Shown here: positions 60,715-64,000 of the stretch, piece by piece
Position numbering within the stretch: the first letter of the stretch is position 1
How the letters are laid out: the number at the start of each line of letters is the position of its first letter
DNA from: Utricularia gibba
Lineage: Eukaryota; Plantae; Magnoliophyta
Length of the DNA: 64,000 bases
NCBI GenBank assembly: GCA_002189035.1
Contig: CM007991.1
Coordinates: 1,240,001-1,304,000, forward strand
Direction: 5' to 3'
Notes under the pieces: model-generated
The model's database searches: none
What the model was told of the DNA's origin: nothing
What the model saw: the letters and a program-made list of their open reading frames with translations, nothing else
Made by a program: the position numbers and the translations under genes

Positions 60715-62141
60715 TTACTTCATATAACCTTGGAATTTCATCAAATTTGGAGTAGCACCAACTGCATATAAACAATCTTTCAATTTTTTATTTTTTATCA
60801 ACTTGTTAAAATTAGATACAAAATGTCTAAGACACCATCGATGATGAAGCCTACCAATACTGAATGCCTCTTTAGAACTCACAATGCTCAATTTACCCGC
60901 GTGCCTATCAGAGATAATTGAGCTTGTCGTTGAATAACGAAACAATCCAACTGTTCAATAAATCAAGAATAAGATTCAAGATTTTCATCATCCACAAAAG
61001 CATATGCAATAGATACAATATGCCCATCACCATCGCGACAAACAACAATTAATAATTTATGATCATACCTATATCTTATTTATTTAGACTGTAAAAATAA
61101 AAACACAACATTATACGAGAGTAAAATATTACCGTGCATAAAGATGTGTTGCATCAATTGAAAGGACCGGGGCACACAATTGATATGCCTCTACACAAGA
61201 CTTAAAAGCCCAAAATTTTATTTAGACCGTGAAAAAAAAAACACAACATTATACGAGAGTAAAATATTACCGTGCATAAAGATGTGTTGCATCAATTGAA
61301 AGGATCGGGGCACACAATTGATATGCCTCTACACAAGGCTTAAAAGCCCAAAAAACATACCGAAATATCTTATGATATGGGCCCGATTGCGTATCACAAA
61401 CCGACTATTCTACAATTGTTCCCGGATTTGTCACTTAGAGCGCAGACATATGACATGACAATTTATTCATTGATGATTCCCAATATCCATGAACAAGTTC
61501 AAATGCACGTGGAACATCAAACCAGGTTTTTTCATAATCAATAATATAATTGTACCTGATTTATATCTCAGCAATTACCTTACAAACCGTCAACTTTGAA
61601 ATAAATAAATAAATTTTAAAAATAATGCTAATTAAACTAAAAATAAATAATAAAAAATCGTATTACCTTTCATATTCCAAACATAATTTATTAAATCTCG
61701 TCCAATGAAACTTACAAAGATGTTTCTATATTTGTTTCCTTCAATTCTACTTCTACAAGTATGAGGATATAAAACTTTGAACTGCCAGATCCCATCTCGC
61801 TACAATTCATAGAGACGAATATGAAAATCACATTGAGTTGCTAAAGCAGAATAGTATTTTAACACCAGATGCTTTAATTTACTTTCAACGACACAAAACT
61901 AAAAATGCTTCTTTATGTGCCAATGACGAACGCAAAAATAAGCTTCATCTTTAGATTTATATCCCAATCCTACTTCTAGAACAGGATTATCAAGATCATA
62001 GCTCATATATACTCGTTTAGTAGGCAATTCATTGGCCAATATCGTCTCTCCCCTTTGAAATAAAATAGCCAATCTTTCAGAAGCATTATCTGAAAACTGA
62101 TACCCCAAACTTGATGCGTGTAAAACAGGAACTTGTAACAA
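60715..62141 (-). pseudogene. MuDR/MURA-type transposase relic
   Basis: LEVGLGYKSKDEA..V.HW.IK (MuDR N-terminal), W...V..PHTC, GYWESS..KL....NPGT, WAFKSCVEAYQLCAPVLSIDATHL (first catalytic Asp), IISDRH (second Asp) and HRWCLRHFVSNF (CxxH). Stops and frameshifts throughout. Confidence 0.9.
61078..61353. repeat. 138-bp tandem duplication inside the transposase
   Basis: 61078-61215 and 61216-61353 are near-identical, with only a few substitutions. Confidence 0.95.
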
Positions 62142-62437
62142 TTGATTACTGGTATCAAAATTTTCTTGAAACCCATCTTAATCAGTGTTTTCAATTGTCA
62201 TTAGCTCATGTTATGATTCAAAAGATGAAGAATCAGAATCATATATTGGAAGAAAAGTAGATGCCATTGTGTTATCAAACTTTTTAATGAAAAAAGAAAT
62301 ACAATTGAGAATTGCAAAAGTGAATGAATTGATCTAGATTAAAGTCTATATTTATAGTTGAAATAAATTAATTTTTAATTTATTTTATGAGTATTATATT
62401 AATTTAAAAATTAAAAAAAAATCTATCGTTATCTATT

Positions 62438-62590
62438 ATAAGATCACATGCACCGAATGCGTAATTGATGGATCTTATTCAATCAAAAGAATCACGAGAT
62501 AAGATCACATGCACTGAATGCGTCATTGATGGATCTTGTTCAAGCAAAGTGATCAAGATCACCGAATGAATAATTAGTGGATCTTATCGA
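62438..62590. repeat. About 61-bp subterminal tandem repeats (2 full, 1 partial) next to the right TIR
   Basis: ATAAGATCACATGCAC(C/T)GAATGCGT(A/C)ATTGATGGATCTT at 62438 and 62499, with a partial copy at about 62554. Confidence 0.85.
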
Positions 62591-63022
62591 GTCTTGCTTA
62601 GTAGGCAAGAGTCTTGTTTGTGTGGCAAGAGTTTTGCTTATGTGGCAAGAGTTTCGTTTATGTAGCAAGAATCTTAATTATGTGGTAAGATTGTTTATTT
62701 TCTTTATACGTAGATACGAACAAACCCAATTTACACAATAACGTATAAAGTAGCCTACAACCCTGAACCCTAAACCAAACGGTCCAACCGATTCGATCCC
62801 GGTTATGTAAGGGATGAACCGCTCCCTCTCAGTCACGGCGTGGCGGCACCTCGCGCAACCGTGTGGCTTATGGGCCATCAGTTTTCTTTTCTTTTTTTGG
62901 GAGTTTTTTTCGAGCTCCTGCGTCGTTGTAAGAATCTGAACAAGATTCTCCTCCACAAGTTCACCTTCCCTAATTCCACACGGATTCATTCCCCATTCTC
63001 GACGATCTTGCAGAAAGAATCC

Positions 63023-64000
63023 ATGGCTGAGATCGCTTTCTCCCTTTTCTTCTCCACTTCCCTTCCCTTTTCCAAAGAACCCGCTCTCTCAACTTCTTTC
63101 GCTCCACGGCGTTTCGCTTTTCTTCCTCATCGTTTCACATCAACGGCTATTCGGGTCTCCGGATCCGCTCAATTCCAGGGAGATGATGATGATTACGGGC
63201 TATACCCGTGGGATAATTCCGACAACGGCGAATCATGTACTTACTCTCACGTTTCCTTCTTGTATTATACCTTTTTTGTTGAGGATGCTTGATTTTGTGA
63301 CAGCGGTGCAATGGATTCCGGGGGAAAGAGTAACGTTGTTTACGACAGATGGGTTGATTCAAATCGGCGGGAATCTCGTCCCTCGCCGTGTTTCTGTATG
63401 TTCCCTGGTCTTTGATTCTGACGATGTTCTGTAAGATTTTTGCTCAAGATGTCATTTTGTGTAAGACTCATGTAAGTTTGGTTGCGGACAGCTTCTTTCT
63501 TTTGGAAGTTAGTACGAAAGCATTTTCTGCTACTCTGTAATTCTTGTTTGTGCCTAAAACTACCGTTATTTTGAGACTTTGGTTTGTGATCTGGTGCTCT
63601 TGGTGGTAATGATTTAATGTATTTGGATTTCTAATGTTGAAGAAGAAGGGAGGGAAGGGGAAGGCGCCTTCGAGACACTTACGGTTCCAAGAGAATAATT
63701 ACATGGATCCAAGCCAGAGGCTTTGCATCGGTGCACTTTTTGATATCGCCGCAACAAACGTAAGCCCCTGTGGAGAATATTGCATTGTAATTACAGCTTT
63801 TGGTCCAAGGTTTTTGTGAAAGTATTCGATGGCAGGGGCATGATACGGGCAGACGTCTTTGCATCTTTGGCTTCTGTCGCTCTGTCGAGATGCTTTGTGA
63901 TGTTGTCGAGGACACCGTGTTGGAGCACGGCGGCGAGGTAGCAAGTTCAAGCTCAATACATGAAAGTACTCAGTTCAGTTCTGATGTGTGAAGGTGGTTG
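63023..64000 (+). CDS. Uncharacterised probable plastid protein (At2g36895-like, by recall); 3' end outside the window
   Basis: Transit-peptide-like exon 1 (63023-63236). ERVTLFTTDGLIQIGGNLVPRR, YMDPSQRLCIGALFDIAATN|G.DTGRRLCIFGFCRSVEML.DVVEDTVLEHGGE. Confidence 0.8.

Larger units (their letters stand above)
59783..62763. mobile_element. Decayed Mutator-like (MULE) DNA transposon with long TIRs
   Basis: Left TIR 59783 to about 59915 (GGGTTGTAGCCTATTTTATACGTTGATTGTGTAAATTGGGTTTGTTC...AGAAAATAAACAATCTT...) is the reverse complement of about 62590-62763. Both carry about 19-nt CTTGCCACA(T/C)AAGC-type subrepeats. MuDR transposase relic inside. No 9-bp TSD found. Confidence 0.9.

Noticed and set aside
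61078-62690. Short periodic repeats resembling a CRISPR array
   Set aside because: There are no unique spacers. The repeats are MULE subterminal and TIR repeats in a plant genome.
236-64000. Numerous 60-170-aa alternative-frame and antisense ORFs in the track (for example inside PAL, PIP2, the PPRs, UGT and HIPP)
   Set aside because: They overlap well-supported genes, lack domains, and are expected in GC-rich coding DNA.

Overview
Gene-dense nuclear DNA from a flowering plant (eudicot). It has about 21 intact or near-intact protein-coding loci, short GT-AG introns, and two tRNA genes. The compact architecture suggests a small-genome species, possibly Lamiales; this is inference only. In order: UPL4-type HECT E3 ligase, DCL2, an intronless OSB gene, tRNA-Glu(UUC), LPP-gamma, an intronless unknown protein, S1FA, tRNA-Pro(AGG), a cryptic CYP86-clan relic, an IDD zinc finger, PIP2, a 63-aa LxxIxE microprotein, PAL, a P-type PPR, two divergent CASPL5A copies plus a relic, SAUR, a CYP94/86-clan pseudogene, a second PPR, a 49-aa RTFL/DVL peptide missed by the ORF track, a UGT86 trio (intronless, pseudogene, intron-containing), a two-HMA HIPP, a decayed Mutator-like element with long TIRs, and the 5' part of a probable plastid protein. 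Two conserved genes each need one extra G or C in a homopolymer to be in frame, which suggests assembly indels. No prokaryotic features or CRISPR arrays were seen. Family and orthologue calls come from recalled protein motifs, not from database searches. I cannot demonstrate a wholly new system. The best leads are the LxxIxE microprotein, the hidden RTFL peptide, the MULE architecture, the palindrome abutting tRNA-Glu, and the DCL2/OSB convergent pair.
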